Both the position numbers and the translations under genes were made by a program. From contig OZ176059.1 in NCBI GenBank assembly GCA_964247055.1, positions 1,736,001-1,800,000 of the forward strand: a stretch of DNA of 64,000 nt, read 5' to 3'. Shown in pieces: positions 25,457-39,200 of this stretch. The notes under the pieces are model-generated. The model made no database searches, was not told the origin of the DNA, and saw nothing but the letters and a program-made list of their open reading frames with translations. Positions within the stretch are counted from its first letter, which is position 1; each line of letters begins with the position of its first letter. This DNA is from Paragordius varius (lineage: Eukaryota; Animalia; Nematomorpha).

Positions 25457-27036
25457 AATTTGAATGGAAATTGAAAATTTTGAATTCTTATGAAAAAATT
25501 TGGAATAAAATTAATAAATACTTTAATTAATTGCATAATTTGATGAATATTGTTGGTTTTTATGTGTTTTTGATAAAAACTGCAAAATTTTGAATAATTT
25601 TCGTATTTTATTGGTTTTGATGTGTTTTTCGTTAAAAAACTGCAAATTTGAAACACTTTTTCTTATTAGAAAATTAATAAATACTTTAACTAATTGCATA
25701 ATTTGATGAATGTTATTGGTTTTAAAGTGTTTTTGAAAAAAAATTGCAAAATTTAGAATAATTTTCGAATTTTATTGGTTTTGATGTGTTTTTGATAAAA
25801 AAACTGTAAAATTTTGAATAATTTTTTTTTTATTAAAATATTAATCAATACTTTATCTAATTACATAAATATTTGATGAATTTTATTGGTTTTGAGTATT
25901 TTTTGAATGATCATTTATGAAATCATAGCATGGTTTTTTTAAAAATTGAAAGGAAATTGAAAAATAAATAAACATTTTGAAAAAAATTAATAAATACTTT
26001 AACTAATTGCATACATAAATAACTAATGTATTGGTATTTATGTGTTTTTTGAATGATTTTTTTCTGTTAAAATTGACAGATTTTTTTCACATTAGAAAAT
26101 TAATAAATATAACTTTATAAATATCTATTTTATATTATATATATATATATATATAATTTTATTGGTTTTGATGTGTTTTTTGAATATCTGATTAAAATTG
26201 ACAGATTTTTTACCTTGAGCGGTTTAAATTTTAGACTTTCGTGAAAAACTGCAAAATTTTGAATATATTTATTATTTAACCTTTTATTTTCCAGGGTATT
26301 TAAATAAATCTTATAAATGGCGCTATAACTGAAAATCCCATGGATAGTCAATTTTTAAAGCGTTATCTTAGCTTACCATTTGCCCTTAAAAATGGACAAT
26401 ACCCACATGCCATGGTTTTTTAAAATTGAAGAAATGGAAAACTTTGAATAATTTTTTTTCTTAATTAGAAAATTTTGAATAATAAATGAAAATTTTGAAA
26501 AAATTGAATAAATACTACTATGTAATTGCATAATTTAATTAATTTGATTGGTTTTGAAAGTGTTTTTATGTGTTATTTAAATGATTTTTATAAAATCATA
26601 GCATTGTCTTTTAGAATTGAATGGAAAATTTTGAATTCCTATGAGAAATTTTTGAATAATTAATAAATACTTTATCTAATTGCATAATTTGATGAATTTT
26701 ATTGGTTTTGAAGTGTTTTTGATAAAAAACTGCAATTTTAATAATTTTAAATAAAATTAATAAATACTATTAATGTATAAATAACTAATGATATATATAA
26801 TTTGATTAATTTTATTGGTTTTGAAGTGTTTTGATGTGTTTTTAAAAAATTGCAAAATTTTGAATTCCTATGAGAAATTTTGAATATTTTTTTTTTCATT
26901 AAAATATTAATCAATACTTTAACTAATTGTATAATTTGATGAATTTTAATGGTTTTGATGTGTTTTCGAATGATTTTTTCTTAAAATAGACATTTTTTTA
27001 CATTAGAAAATCAATAAATATAACTTTATAAATATC

Positions 27037-27043
<7 letters not shown>

Positions 27044-27095
<52 letters not shown>
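27044..27095. repeat. (TA)n microsatellite; others at ~3529-3567, 16858-16879, 20117-20150, 41004-41030, 45077-45120, 60500-60553, 62108-62138
   Basis: Pure TA runs are directly visible. Confidence 0.95.
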
Positions 27096-27096
<1 letters not shown>

Positions 27097-29234
27097 TTCG
27101 ATTAATTTTATTGGTTTCAAAGTGTTTTTTGAATATTTTTGCTTAAAATTGACAATTTTTTACTCTTAGCGGTTGTAATTTAGCGTTTTCGTTAAAGAAT
27201 AAATGAAAATTTTAAATAATTTTGAATAAATTTACTTATATAATTTTTTTTTCTTAAATTAAAAATTAAAAACTGAAAAATCAGATAGTCAATTTTTAAA
27301 GCGTTACCTTAGCTTACCATTTGCCCTAAAAAATGGTCAATAACCACATACCATGGCTAAAATGGAAAAAACGGAAAATTTTGAATTCCTATGAGAAAAT
27401 TTTGAAAAACTAATAAATACTTTAACTAATTACATAGTTTTATTGGTTTTGATGAATTTTATTGGTTTTGAATGATTTCCTTTTAAGTGGTTTAAAATTT
27501 AGGCTTTTTCTGTCAAAAAATGAAAATTTTTAATATTTTATTAATATAAAATCCTTTTTTTCTTAAGTCAAATATTTAAAACTGAAAATGCATTAGATAG
27601 TCAATTTTTAAAGCGTTATCTTAGCTACCATTTGCCCTAAAAAATGGTCAATTCCCACATACCATGGTCTTTTAAAAATGAAAACGGAAAATTTTGATTA
27701 ATTTTGAATTCCTATGAGAAAATTTTGAATATTTTTGAATAAAATTAATAAATATATCATTATATATATGTATATACAAAAAATGATGAATTTTATTGGT
27801 TTTGAAGTGTTTTGATGTGTTATTTAAATGATTTTTTATGAAATCATAGCATGGTCTTTTAAAAATAAAACTGCAAAATTTTAGAAATGAATGGAAAATT
27901 TTGAATAAAATTAATAAATACTTTAACTAATTGCATAATTTAATGAATTTTATTGGTTTTGATGTGTTTTTTGAATGATTTTTTATGAAATCATAGCATG
28001 GTCTTTTCAAATTGAACGGAAAATTTTAAAAACTGCAAAATTTTGAATAATTTTTATTAAAATATTAATAAATACTTTTATTGCATAATTTGATGAATTA
28101 TATTGGTTTTTAAGTGTTTTTTGATATCTGCTTATAATCATAAACATGGTCTTTTAAATTCAAGAAATGGAAAATTTTGAAATCCACTAAAAATTAATAA
28201 ATATACTATCTAATTGGATAATTTGATGGATTTTAATGGTTTTGAGGTGTTTTGATGTGTTTTTTGATAAAAAACTGCAAAATTTTGAATAATTTTCGAA
28301 TTTTATTGGTTTTGATGTGTTTTTGGTAAAAAATTGCAAAATTTTGAATAATTTTTAAATTTTTTTGGTTTTGAAGTGTTTTTGAAATTTTTCTGTTTAA
28401 AATTGACATTTTTTACCTTGAACGGTTTAAATTTTAGGCTTTTTCTCATATATGAAAAACAAATATTTTAATAAATTTATTATTTAACCTTCTATTTTTC
28501 CAGAGTGTTTAAATAAATGTTTTAAATTTAAATAAAACTAAAAATAAATCCATTAGATAGTTAATTTTTAAAGCGTTATCTTAGCTTACCATTTGCCCTA
28601 AGAAATGGGCAATATCCACATAACATGGTTTTTTGAAATTGAATGGAAAATTTGAATTCCTATTAGAAAATTTTGAATAAATAAATTTTGAATAAAATTA
28701 ATAAATCCTTTAACTAATTACATAGTTTTATTGGTTTTAAAGTGTTTTTATGTGTTTTTTGAATGATTTTTTATGAAATCATAACATGGTCTTTTAAAAT
28801 TGAATGGAAAATTTTGAATTCCTATGAGAAAATTTTGAATTAAATAATAAATACTTTAACTGTTTGCAGATATAATTTGATAAATTTTATTGGTTTTGAT
28901 CATAACATGGTCTTTTGAAATTGAAAAATAAATGAAAATTTTGAATAATTTTGAATAAAATTAATAAATACTTTAACTAATTGCATAATTTGATTAAATA
29001 TATTGGTTTTGATGTGTTTTTGAAAAAAACTGCAAAATTTTGAATGATTTTTATGAAATCATATAGTCTTTAAAAATTGATTGGATATTGAAAAATAAAT
29101 GAAAATTTTGAATAAATTAATAAATTATTGTATAATTTGATGAATATTATTGGTTTTGAAGTGTTTTAATGTGTTTTTAATAAAAAACTGCAAAATTTTG
29201 AATAATTTTTCTCATTAGAAAATTAATAAATTCC

Positions 29235-29266
<32 letters not shown>

Positions 29267-30896
29267 ACTAATTGCTTATTTAATCAATTTTATTGGTTTT
29301 GATGTGTTTTTTGAATTTTTTTCTTAAATCATAGCATCATGGTCTTAAAATTTAGCGTTTTGTTAAAAACTGCAAAATTTTGAACAATATTCTCATTAGA
29401 AAGTTTTAATAATTACTTTAACTAATTGCATAATTTAATGAATATTATTGGTTTTGAAGTGTTTTGATGTGTTTTTTGAAAATCTGCTTAAAATAAACAT
29501 TTTATTTAACGTTTCGGGTAAAAACTGAAAATTTTAAATTTTTTCCCATTAGAAAATTAATAAATATCTAATTGCTTATTGCATAATTTGATGAATTTTA
29601 TTGGTTTTGAAGTGTTTTTGATAAAAAAACTGCAAAATTTTGAATAATTTTCGAATTTTATTGGTTTTGACGTGTTTTTTATAAAAAACAGAATTTTGAA
29701 TAATTTTTCTCATTAAAATATTAATAAATATATCATTATATATATATATACATATAAATTGATGAATTTTATTGGTTTTGATGTGTTTTTTGAATATCTA
29801 ATTAGAATGACATTTTTAACCTTGAGCAGTTTAAATTTTAGCGTTTTTGATAAAAAACTGAAAATTTTGAATTATCCATTGAAAAATTAATAAATACTTT
29901 AACTAATTGCATATATAATTTGATGAATTTTATTGGTTTTGATGTGTTTTTGAATAATTTTTTCGCCTTAAAATAGATATTTTTTACCTTGAGCGGTTTA
30001 AATTTTAGGTTTTTTCTTATATGAAAAAAACAAATATTTTAAATTTTTTATTTATATAAAATTAATAAATACTTTATCTAATTGCATAATTTTCTAATTT
30101 TATATTTTATTGCTTTTGATGTGTTTTTGATAAAAAACGGAAAATCTTTGAATAATTTTCATTTAAAAATTAATAAATACTTTAACTTGCAGATATCAAA
30201 AAAATATATCTATATATAGTTATATATGTATATAATTTTCGAATTTTATTGGTTTTGATGTGTTTTTGAATAAACAGACATTTTTTACCTTGAGCGGTTT
30301 AAATTTTAGCCTTTCGTGAAAAAACTGCAAAATTTTGAATAAAATTATTATTTAACCTTCTATTTTATCCAGGGTGTTTAAATAAATGTTTTAAATATAA
30401 AACTGAAAATCCATTAAATAGTGAATTTTTAAAGCGTTATCTAAGCCTACCTTTTGCCCTAAAAAATGGACAATATTTTAAAATTGAAGAAATGTTGAAT
30501 TCCATTATAAAATTTAAAAAAATTTGAATAAAATAATAAATACTATTTTGTATAAATAACTAATGATATATTGGATGAATATTATTGGTTTTAATGAGTT
30601 TTTGATAAAAAAATTGCAAAATTTTGAATTATTTTTGAATTTTATTGGTTTTGATGTGTTTTTGATAAAAAACTGCAAAATTTTGTATAATTTTTCCCAT
30701 TATAAAATTAATAAATATAATTTAATGAATTTTATTGGTTTTGAAGTGTTTAGATGTGTTTTTTAAATGATTTTATATGAAATCATAACATGGTTTAAAA
30801 TTGAATGGAAAATTTTGAATAGAATAAATGAAAATTTTGAATATTTTGAATAAATTTGAATAAAATTAATAAATATTTTAACTAATTAGATATATA

Positions 30897-32427
30897 GGGC
30901 CTGCTGAATAAAAACAAGCACCTACTGGGTAGTAGGTGCTTGATAGTATGTACCAGTTTTTGAAAAAACATTGAATAAAAATAGGTACTTACTATCATGT
31001 ACGTACTTAAGTCTTAAGTATGTGTAAAATGTTTATTTTCATTTTGTTTTTTGTTAGTTTTCGATTTCATTCATAAAATGCGTTTAAAAATTTATAAAGA
31101 AAATTAGAAAGTCTAACTTTTGGAAAATAAATATCGATTATCTACCCATATTTTTAAATAATGCATTTATTAATACACATTTATTCATAAATACACAAAA
31201 AATAAATCATAATAATGTTTAAACAATTGAATCTCGTTTCATTTTGCCAGCCTTGAGTATTTGGGTTAGATCAATATTTGCTTCACAATCCTCCACATAT
31301 TCGATATCAAAATATGAATTACTATCAAAATCTGTTATGGGTTCATAAATATATTTGGATACATTATGTAATATGGAACATGTTAATATAAGTTTTGGGA
31401 ATCTAGACTTAAACGAATTTCGTTACCAAGTATAGGAAATCGGGTCTTCATCTGACCGAAAACCCGCGCTCGATAATGCTTTTTTCAGAACAATGTAATT
31501 TATTGAAATTTTTCTCGTTATCGATCATCATATTTTTGAAGGGGGTTAGGAGCCAGGGTGATAGTGGATATCCATTATCACCTAACAAACAAAAATCATT
31601 TTGTTTGCACATATATGACTGAACAATCGTGTTTCGCCATATCCTTGAATCATGCACAGATTTTGGCCATTGTGCATCCACAGATGTAATTTCTTCATTG
31701 GCATTACATGTGAATTGTACATTGAGGGTGCATCGACCCTTTCGATTTATATAGGCATCAACATTTTTAGGTATTAATATTTCAAAGTGTGAACAATCAA
31801 TGCAACCAATAGCAGTTGACATTTTATATTTGGATAGCCATATTTTATTCGCCACATTAAGCTCTTCAAATGACTTGGGAATTTTTACCCAATGAGATTT
31901 TGATACTATTTCCATAACTTTAGGTATAGTTTTGCATATTGTGGAACTATGAACATTAAAATCATGTCCTATACCCGCTTGATATCCCGGATCTCCAAGA
32001 AATCTTAACACAAAATCTAGATTTATGATATTATAAATACCCATTTGCATCCAAGGAGTTAGTTTCCTTAAAGATATATTTAATTTTTAACCTAAATATG
32101 AAAAGGTCATTTTATCTTAGTCATAACTCGAATTCGAATAAATCTGTGGTTTTTTATATAGAAAATAGCTTCATTCAAAAATATTTACTCAAATATATAA
32201 AATTTAAATGTTTATAAAATAAAATTAAGGTCATTATAAATTATATAAACTCAAATATTTTACACAAAAATGAAATAATCGAAGAAAATGATATGATTGT
32301 GGACATTCTTGAAAAAAAACCAATCTTTTTTAACAAAAGTAATAATCTCTGCAAATTGAACTCATAAAGCTTAAAATAGAGAAGGAAAAAAATTATTATT
32401 AATAATAAAAGAAATAATATATTAATA

Positions 32428-32458
<31 letters not shown>

Positions 32459-32758
32459 GAATCATGTAATTTAAAAAAACATTATCTTAGAAATTTTATA
32501 AAAATATAACCGATATTATTTTAAGTGAAAAATTAATAGTTTAAAATGTTGCCATTTACCAGCTTAAAAAAAACCAGTGAGTACTAGGTAAAATTTGTAA
32601 AAAGACAATTTTTATTCAATGATATTTGTCAGTAAATACTGGTAAACATAGTACATACTGGATAGTAAAAGCAATATATTTTTTTATTCAATACATAGCT
32701 AGTATATACTGAAAAAAACCTAGTTTTTAGTATATACTAGCTTTTATTCAACAGGCCC
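30897..32758 (-). mobile_element. PIF/Harbinger DNA transposon (~1.86 kb, defective) inserted in the RPL6 downstream array
   Basis: 17-bp TIRs GGGCCTG(C/T)TGAATAAAA; inserted in a TA run, so the TSD is ambiguous (only a 2-bp TA or AT duplication can be read); array units resume at 32760. Confidence 0.9.
31215..32050 (-). pseudogene. Harbinger/HARBI1-type DDE transposase, N-terminally truncated and frameshifted
   Basis: GCIDCSH, YINRKG..TLNVQ, AQWPKSVHDSRIW, LLGDNGYPLSPWLLTPF and IIERGF in ORF 31448-32050; the C-terminus (GQMKTRFPIL..ILTCSILHNV) continues after frameshifts to ~31215. Confidence 0.9.
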
Positions 32759-33774
32759 TATATCATTGAATATATATATATATATATAAATTGATGAATT
32801 TTATTGGTTTTGATGTGTTTTTGAAAAAATTTTTAGCTTAAAAATGGATTTTATACCTTGAGTGGTTTAAATTTTAGGCTTTTCCTGTCAAAAACTGAAA
32901 ATTTTGAATAAAATTTATTATTTAACCTTCTTTTCCAGAGTGTTTAAATAAATGTTTTAAATTTATAACGGAAATTCATTAGATAGTCAATTTTTAAAGC
33001 GGTATCTTTCCTTGAAAAATATATGAAATTTTGAATAATTTTTTTCACATTAGAAAATTAATAAATAATATTATTATATATATATAAATATCTAATTGCA
33101 GATATATACCATTTACGATTCAAATTCCCCCCTTGAACAATTCAAATTTAATAATCACTCTAAAAATAAATTATGTGTTTTCGGCTCTAATAAAACTCTC
33201 ATAATTAATATGAAATATATATCTTTATGGCGGCACATACTTTATTTATTTTACAATATAATATTAGTTTTAAAACAAATTTTTTTTAAATATAGGATTA
33301 ATTCTAAAAAAACCCATAATATTTGAGGGTAAATTTGTATTATTCAAAGGTGAATTTAAGTTGTAAATGGTATATATATGTATATATATATATATAAATA
33401 TTATTAGTATTTCCTTAAAAATCGACAGTTTTTAACTTGAGTGGTTCAAATTTTGGATATTTTGTAAAAAACGAATATTTTAAATTATATAAATCTTTAT
33501 TTCGGAGGGGGGATGTTTTCATTAAAAATGGAGACCTTTTTAACTCTGTAACGATTCAAAAATTTTGATTTTTTGGAAAAAAATAAAAATAGGTATATTA
33601 TAAATCTGTTTTTTTATCTTTAATAATCAAAAGTTGTTTTAAATTTAACTATAAATTGCCTGAAGCTAAAATTTTAAAATGGTATTTTAGCTTACCTTTT
33701 GCCCTAAAAAATGGTTTAATTTAATAGAAAATTTAATTTCTAAATGAATTTAATGATATATATATATATATATA

Positions 33775-36080
33775 CAGTAAAAACTTAAATTATACGGTCA
33801 AAACGTGTAAAAATATAAAGACAATCATATTTTTTTCTAAAAGGCAACCAACCATACTTTTTAAATCTTGAAATATATTTTTAGTGTTTTGAGCAAATTA
33901 AATTGATATCTATATTGGTGACACAAATAATTAAATGATTTTATAGGAGATAAATCAAAAGTTTAAAAATTTGGGGTTGTCTTTTGAAAAAAAAATTGTC
34001 TTTATATTTTTCATTTCAGTTTTTAGTATATCAGATCAGGAATCAAATATATATATATATATATAATTTTATGATTGAATAAGAATTGTATATTTTTCCC
34101 TTTTAAAAACGAGAATAGTATAAACTTTTAATTTATTGGTCAGAAAATAACTAATTTTCTATGGGATAGGTAAAATGAATATTTTTAAAGGATTTCTTTC
34201 ATAAGTTTTATTTAATATACAACAGTAAAAACTGAAATTATACGGATAAAACATTTAAAAATATAAAGACAACCATACATTTTTTTCTAAAAGACAAATA
34301 CTTTTTCAAACCTTAATTTTTCTTTTATAAATTACAGTAATTAACTATATGGACAAAACATAAAAATATAAAGACAAAACTTTTTTAAATGATAATTACT
34401 TTTTTAAACCTTAATTTTTTGAACCTTAAGTTTTATTTAAAATACAACAGTAAAAACTGAAATTATACTATGGACAAAACGTTCAAAAATATAAAGACAG
34501 CCATATTTTTTTTAAAAGACAGCCATACTTTTTTGAACCTTAATTTTTCTTAAAAAAATTATAGTAAATAAATAAATTTGTAAAATATATAATTAATTGT
34601 GTTATCAATATTCATATTAATTTTTAAATAATGAAGTCAGTAAAAATTAAAATTATACGGACAAAACGTGAAAATATGACAAATATTTTTATCTAAAAGA
34701 CAACCATACTTTTATAATCTTGATTTTTTAAAATATAATCATTGTTTAAAATTACAAAGTATAATATTGAAATGTAAATTGTTAACATAATCAATTATTT
34801 ATGATTGATTAAAAGTTTTTATAGGGGTTTAAAAAACATAATAATAGTGTTTTTTTAAAAAAAATTTGCCTTTATATTTTTATGTTTTGTCCGTATATAA
34901 TTTCAGTTTTGAATTACAAAACTATGTGGGTTGTTTTTTAGAAAAAAATTTTTGCCTTTATATTTTTATGTTTTGTCCGTATATAATTTCAGTTTTTACT
35001 GTTGAGTTTTTTTGTGTAAAGTGATCAAATTTAACCATTTTTGTTTAAACTGTGGTTAGATTAGCGTAAAAATATTTTTTAATCTGTGATGATTTTGTAA
35101 TTAAAAGTTTTTTGACTAAATTGTTTGCCTTTTAAACCAAGAAAGTTTTCCAAGAGTCGTCTAGAGGGTAATTGTTCAAGGGTGAGAATTTGAATTGTTC
35201 AAGGTATTTGAATTGCTCAAGGATGTATTTGAATTCAAAGGTGAGAATTTGAATTATAAATGGTATATATACATATAATCATATATAAATGTGAAGTACA
35301 ATTTTAGATAACCAACAAAATAACTATAGAGTAAGTAAAAATATTTTATATGTCGGTCTTTTGTTATACATTCGAGGTCGACTTTTTGCAATATTTTGTG
35401 CAAATTTTAGTTTTCATTTTAATGTTGAATTCTGCCAAGGTTTTTACATGAGTTTCTTGTTGAATATTTTAAATCCTTCAAAGATTTTTCTAGTAAATTG
35501 AATCATAATTAGAAAGTAGTAAGATAGTTTGATTCGAATAGTTATTTCAAGTAATGACATGTCCGGATTTTATTTTCAAAATTCGTGCATTGTTAGTTAA
35601 TTTATCCGTGCATTTTTACAGTAAAAATTGGAATTATTATACGGACAAAATGTAAAAATATAAAGACAACCATATTTTTTTCTAAAAGACAATCTCAACC
35701 ATATTTTTTTAAATTCGATTCATTCAAAAATTTCTTATTGTTTTAAACTACAAAGTATGAAATAAAGATGTATCTTGATAACAATATCAATTCTATATTT
35801 TCCAATTGGAATTAAATAGTTATGATAAATTAAGGTTATAAAGGTTGTCTTTTTGAAAAAAAATTTGTCTTTATATATTTTGAACCCGATTATTCAAATT
35901 CACTGTAATCTCAAAAATCAGTTAATAATTTTATTCTCTTTATTCATTTCAAAATTTATTAATTTTTTAAGTATGAAATATAGATGTATATTGGTAACAC
36001 AATCAATTATATTATTTATATGGTTATCTTTTGAAAAAAAATTTTGTCTTTATATATTTTAAACCAGATTATTCAAATTC
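33775..36080. mobile_element. Cluster of family B foldback MITEs and stacked arms (33775-34027, 34223-35001, 35619-36080); another copy at ~62230-62519
   Basis: Repeated CAGTAAAAACTGAAATTATACGGACAAAAC arms; four direct arms at 34223-34780 face two inverted arms at 34850-35001. Confidence 0.7.
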
Positions 36081-36214
36081 ACTCTTTATCAAAATATTTC
36101 CAAAACATAGCATAATATCAGCTATTATCAAATAATTTTATTTTCTATAAAATTTATTTTTAATTTTATTTTTTCAAAAAAAAAAATAAATTTAATAATT
36201 TTCTGCTGAGTCAT

Positions 36215-39200
36215 TTATCTATTGGATTTTGCCACGCGTTCCAATTCATCTTTCTTCTTGATGGCATACGAATTGGAAGATCCCTAAAGCATATACAAAT
36301 ATATATATATATATATATATAGAAATTGAATAAACTTAAAAAAAAATTATTGTCAAGTAATAACTAATATATAGTATTTGCAATTGAAATTTACCCTTGA
36401 ACAATTGAATTTTACGCTTAAACAGTTTAAATTCACCCTTGAACACAATTCAAATTCACTCTTGAACAATTGAAAAACACCCTTAAATAGTTCAAATTCT
36501 CCCTTAAACAATGGGAATTCAAATTTTACCCTTAAACAATGGGAATTCACCCTTATATACTTAAAACCCTTAAATAATTTAAATATACCCTTAAACAATT
36601 AAAATTTACCCTTAAATAATTTAAATTCACCCTTAAACAATTCAAATCACCCTTGAACACAATAGAAATTAACCCTCGAAAAATAAAAATTCACCCTAAA
36701 CAATTGAAATTCACTCTAGAACAATTCAAATTAACCCTTGAACAATTCAAATTCACCCTTAAATACTTCAAAACCCTCTTAAACAATTTAAATCAAAATC
36801 AACCAAAATTATATTGTGTAGTGTTTTTGAATATCAAAAATTTCCTAAATTTTTTTATAAAAGTAAGAATACTATGTATAACAAAAAAATTATAATTAAT
36901 GATGCCATAAAGAAATACTTTATTATATTAATGAAAAAGAGTTACACATTAACACATCAATCAGATAATTATTTTTCAAAGGGTAAATCAAATAATTAAT
37001 TAATGGTAATAATATTTTAATAAACCCCAAAGCACCCCCCTGGAAAATTATTGTTTCTGAAGAAAGGAGACCCCTAGCGTCTGTAACCAACATATGGAGA
37101 TATTCTGAAAAAAAAACCAATTAAACAAAATAAACACCTATTTTTTGTCATTAAAAATACTGAGAATTTTTCACTGATAGGATACTTAAAACGACTAAAA
37201 AAACTTGTAAAAGCATCAAACTCACTTTAGAAAAACCCAGAAAATCCTATAAAAAACTAAATTTTTTTTAGAGACAACCGCCGTAAACATAATCCATATG
37301 TATATATATTCAAAAAAACCCAAAACAAATATTCTAGATTATTATACAATGGATAAGTTTTGAACAGTAAAAACTTTTCTAGACAACTAAAAACGCTTCA
37401 AACACCACGATGTCAAAATCACTTTAGAAAAACTTTGGAAATCGCTCTAGAAAAGGCCCCAAATATTTTTGATGTTGAAACCATCGCCGTAAAATTATTT
37501 TTGGCATATAATAGCTAATCTTTTTAAGATATTCCTTTGCGACATTAACTTTCCAGAGTTCTAAGAAAACCTTTTTTGTCATCAAAAGGTTATAAAAACG
37601 ACTCAACAACGACGCAAACACTACTATATAGACGTTAAAAATGCTCGGAAATCCTGAAAATCGCTCTGGCTAAAAAATTTTGATGTTAAAACCATCGCCG
37701 TAAAATTATTTTTTTATAATTTCCAATTCTTTTTAAGATATTCGTTCTTGCGATATTAACTCTCCAAAGTACTAAGAATACCTAGTTGTCACCAAAAACC
37801 TCTATTATAAAGCTTCAAACACTACTATGGACGTCAAAAATGCTCTAAAACCCAGGAAATCGCTCTAGAAAGGTCCACCCAAAAAATTTTTTTAAACCAT
37901 CGCCGTAAAATTTTTTTGGCATATAATTTCTAATCTCTTTTAGAAATATTCAGGCATGCAAATAAAACAATCACCTTAACTTTACCGTATATTAAACTAT
38001 AATGAACTTTCCAGGATACTAAGAAAACCTTGTTGTCACAAAATACTTCTTTAGACAACTAAAAACGACAACACTACTATAGACGTCATAATCACTCCAG
38101 AAAAACCCTGGAAATCGCTCTAGAAAAGGCCCAAAAAAATTTATTGAAACCCTCTTAGTAAAGAAAATGAATACACATATCTGCCCACAAAATTAATGTA
38201 AAATCTAGTTTAGAACAGTAAAAACTTCTCTATTAAAACTACCGACTTAAACATTCGTAAAAATTATCATAAATGCTCTAAAACCCTGGAAATCGCTCTA
38301 GAAAAGGCCCAAAAATTTTTGTTAAAGCCATCGCTGTAAAATTCTTAATCCATGTAAAATTTCTAATTTTTTTGTTCGATCTCCATACCTTTGCCGCATT
38401 TATAAGTTCATCGGCCAAGCATTCAGCAATACTTTTTTTTATTACGAAAAGCTGATTCACGCGCCTAAATAAATGCCTTAAAGCAATAAAAACCTTCTAA
38501 TTTTGCATAGTTTTCTTTAAAACGAAGAAAGATTCTCTAGAAAAACGCTAAAAACACTTCAAAAACTACTATAAACGTCAAAAATGCTCTAAAACCCAAA
38601 TCGCCCTAAAAGTCTTAAATTTAACCGCCGTAAACGAAATCAATACACATATCTATAAAATACACAAAAGATTCTTGAGTAATAAAAAATTTAGTCTCGA
38701 ACAGTAAAAACTTCTCTTTAGAACTAAAAACGCTTCAAACACTACTATAGACGTTAAAAATGCTCTAAAACCCAGAAATTCACTCTAGAATAGGCCTAAA
38801 AAATTTTTGTTAAACCATCGCTGTAAAATTTAATTTCATATTCTTATTTAGATATTCTTTCACCATACCTTTGCCGCATTTATAAGTTCGTCGGCCAAGC
38901 ATTCCGCAATAGTTTTTATATTACGAAAAGCTGATTCACGCGCCCCCGTAACTAACATGTAAATTGCGACATTAAATCTCCTTAGGTACTAAGAAAACCT
39001 TGTTGTCACCAAAAACTTCTATTAGAACTAAAAACGACGCTTCAAACACTACTATATAAGTAAAAAATGCTCTAAAACCCTGGAAATCGCTCTAAAAAAC
39101 GTCAAGTTTTTGTAGAGACAGCCGCTTTAAACAAAATCCATATCTATACAAAACCAGAACAAAAGATTCTTGATTAGTATACTATCTAGTCTCGAACAGT

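Larger units (their letters stand above)
25457..33720 (+). repeat. Tandem array derived from the RPL6 last-exon end and 3' region; coding echoes at 26310-26423, 27283-27357, 27596-27675, 28556-28636, 30416-30475, 32982-33006, 33680-33714
   Basis: Recurring gatagtcaatttttaaagcg.tatcttagcttaccatttgccct blocks among many aataaatactttaactaattgcataatttgatgaattttattggttttgatgtgttttt units. Confidence 0.9.

Noticed and set aside
26280-26423. First RPL6 echo as an intact alternative last exon
   Set aside because: The pyrimidine-CAG acceptor at 26294 is in phase but reads GGT ATT TAA, an immediate stop.
32240-32420. Remnant of the Harbinger second (Myb/SANT) ORF
   Set aside because: Only a weak charged C-terminal-like stretch with stops; no recognisable domain.
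30894-32761. Assignment to the ISL2EU subgroup from an apparent AT duplication
   Set aside because: The insertion is in a TA run, so the TSD is ambiguous, and the transposase motifs look like ordinary Harbinger/HARBI1.
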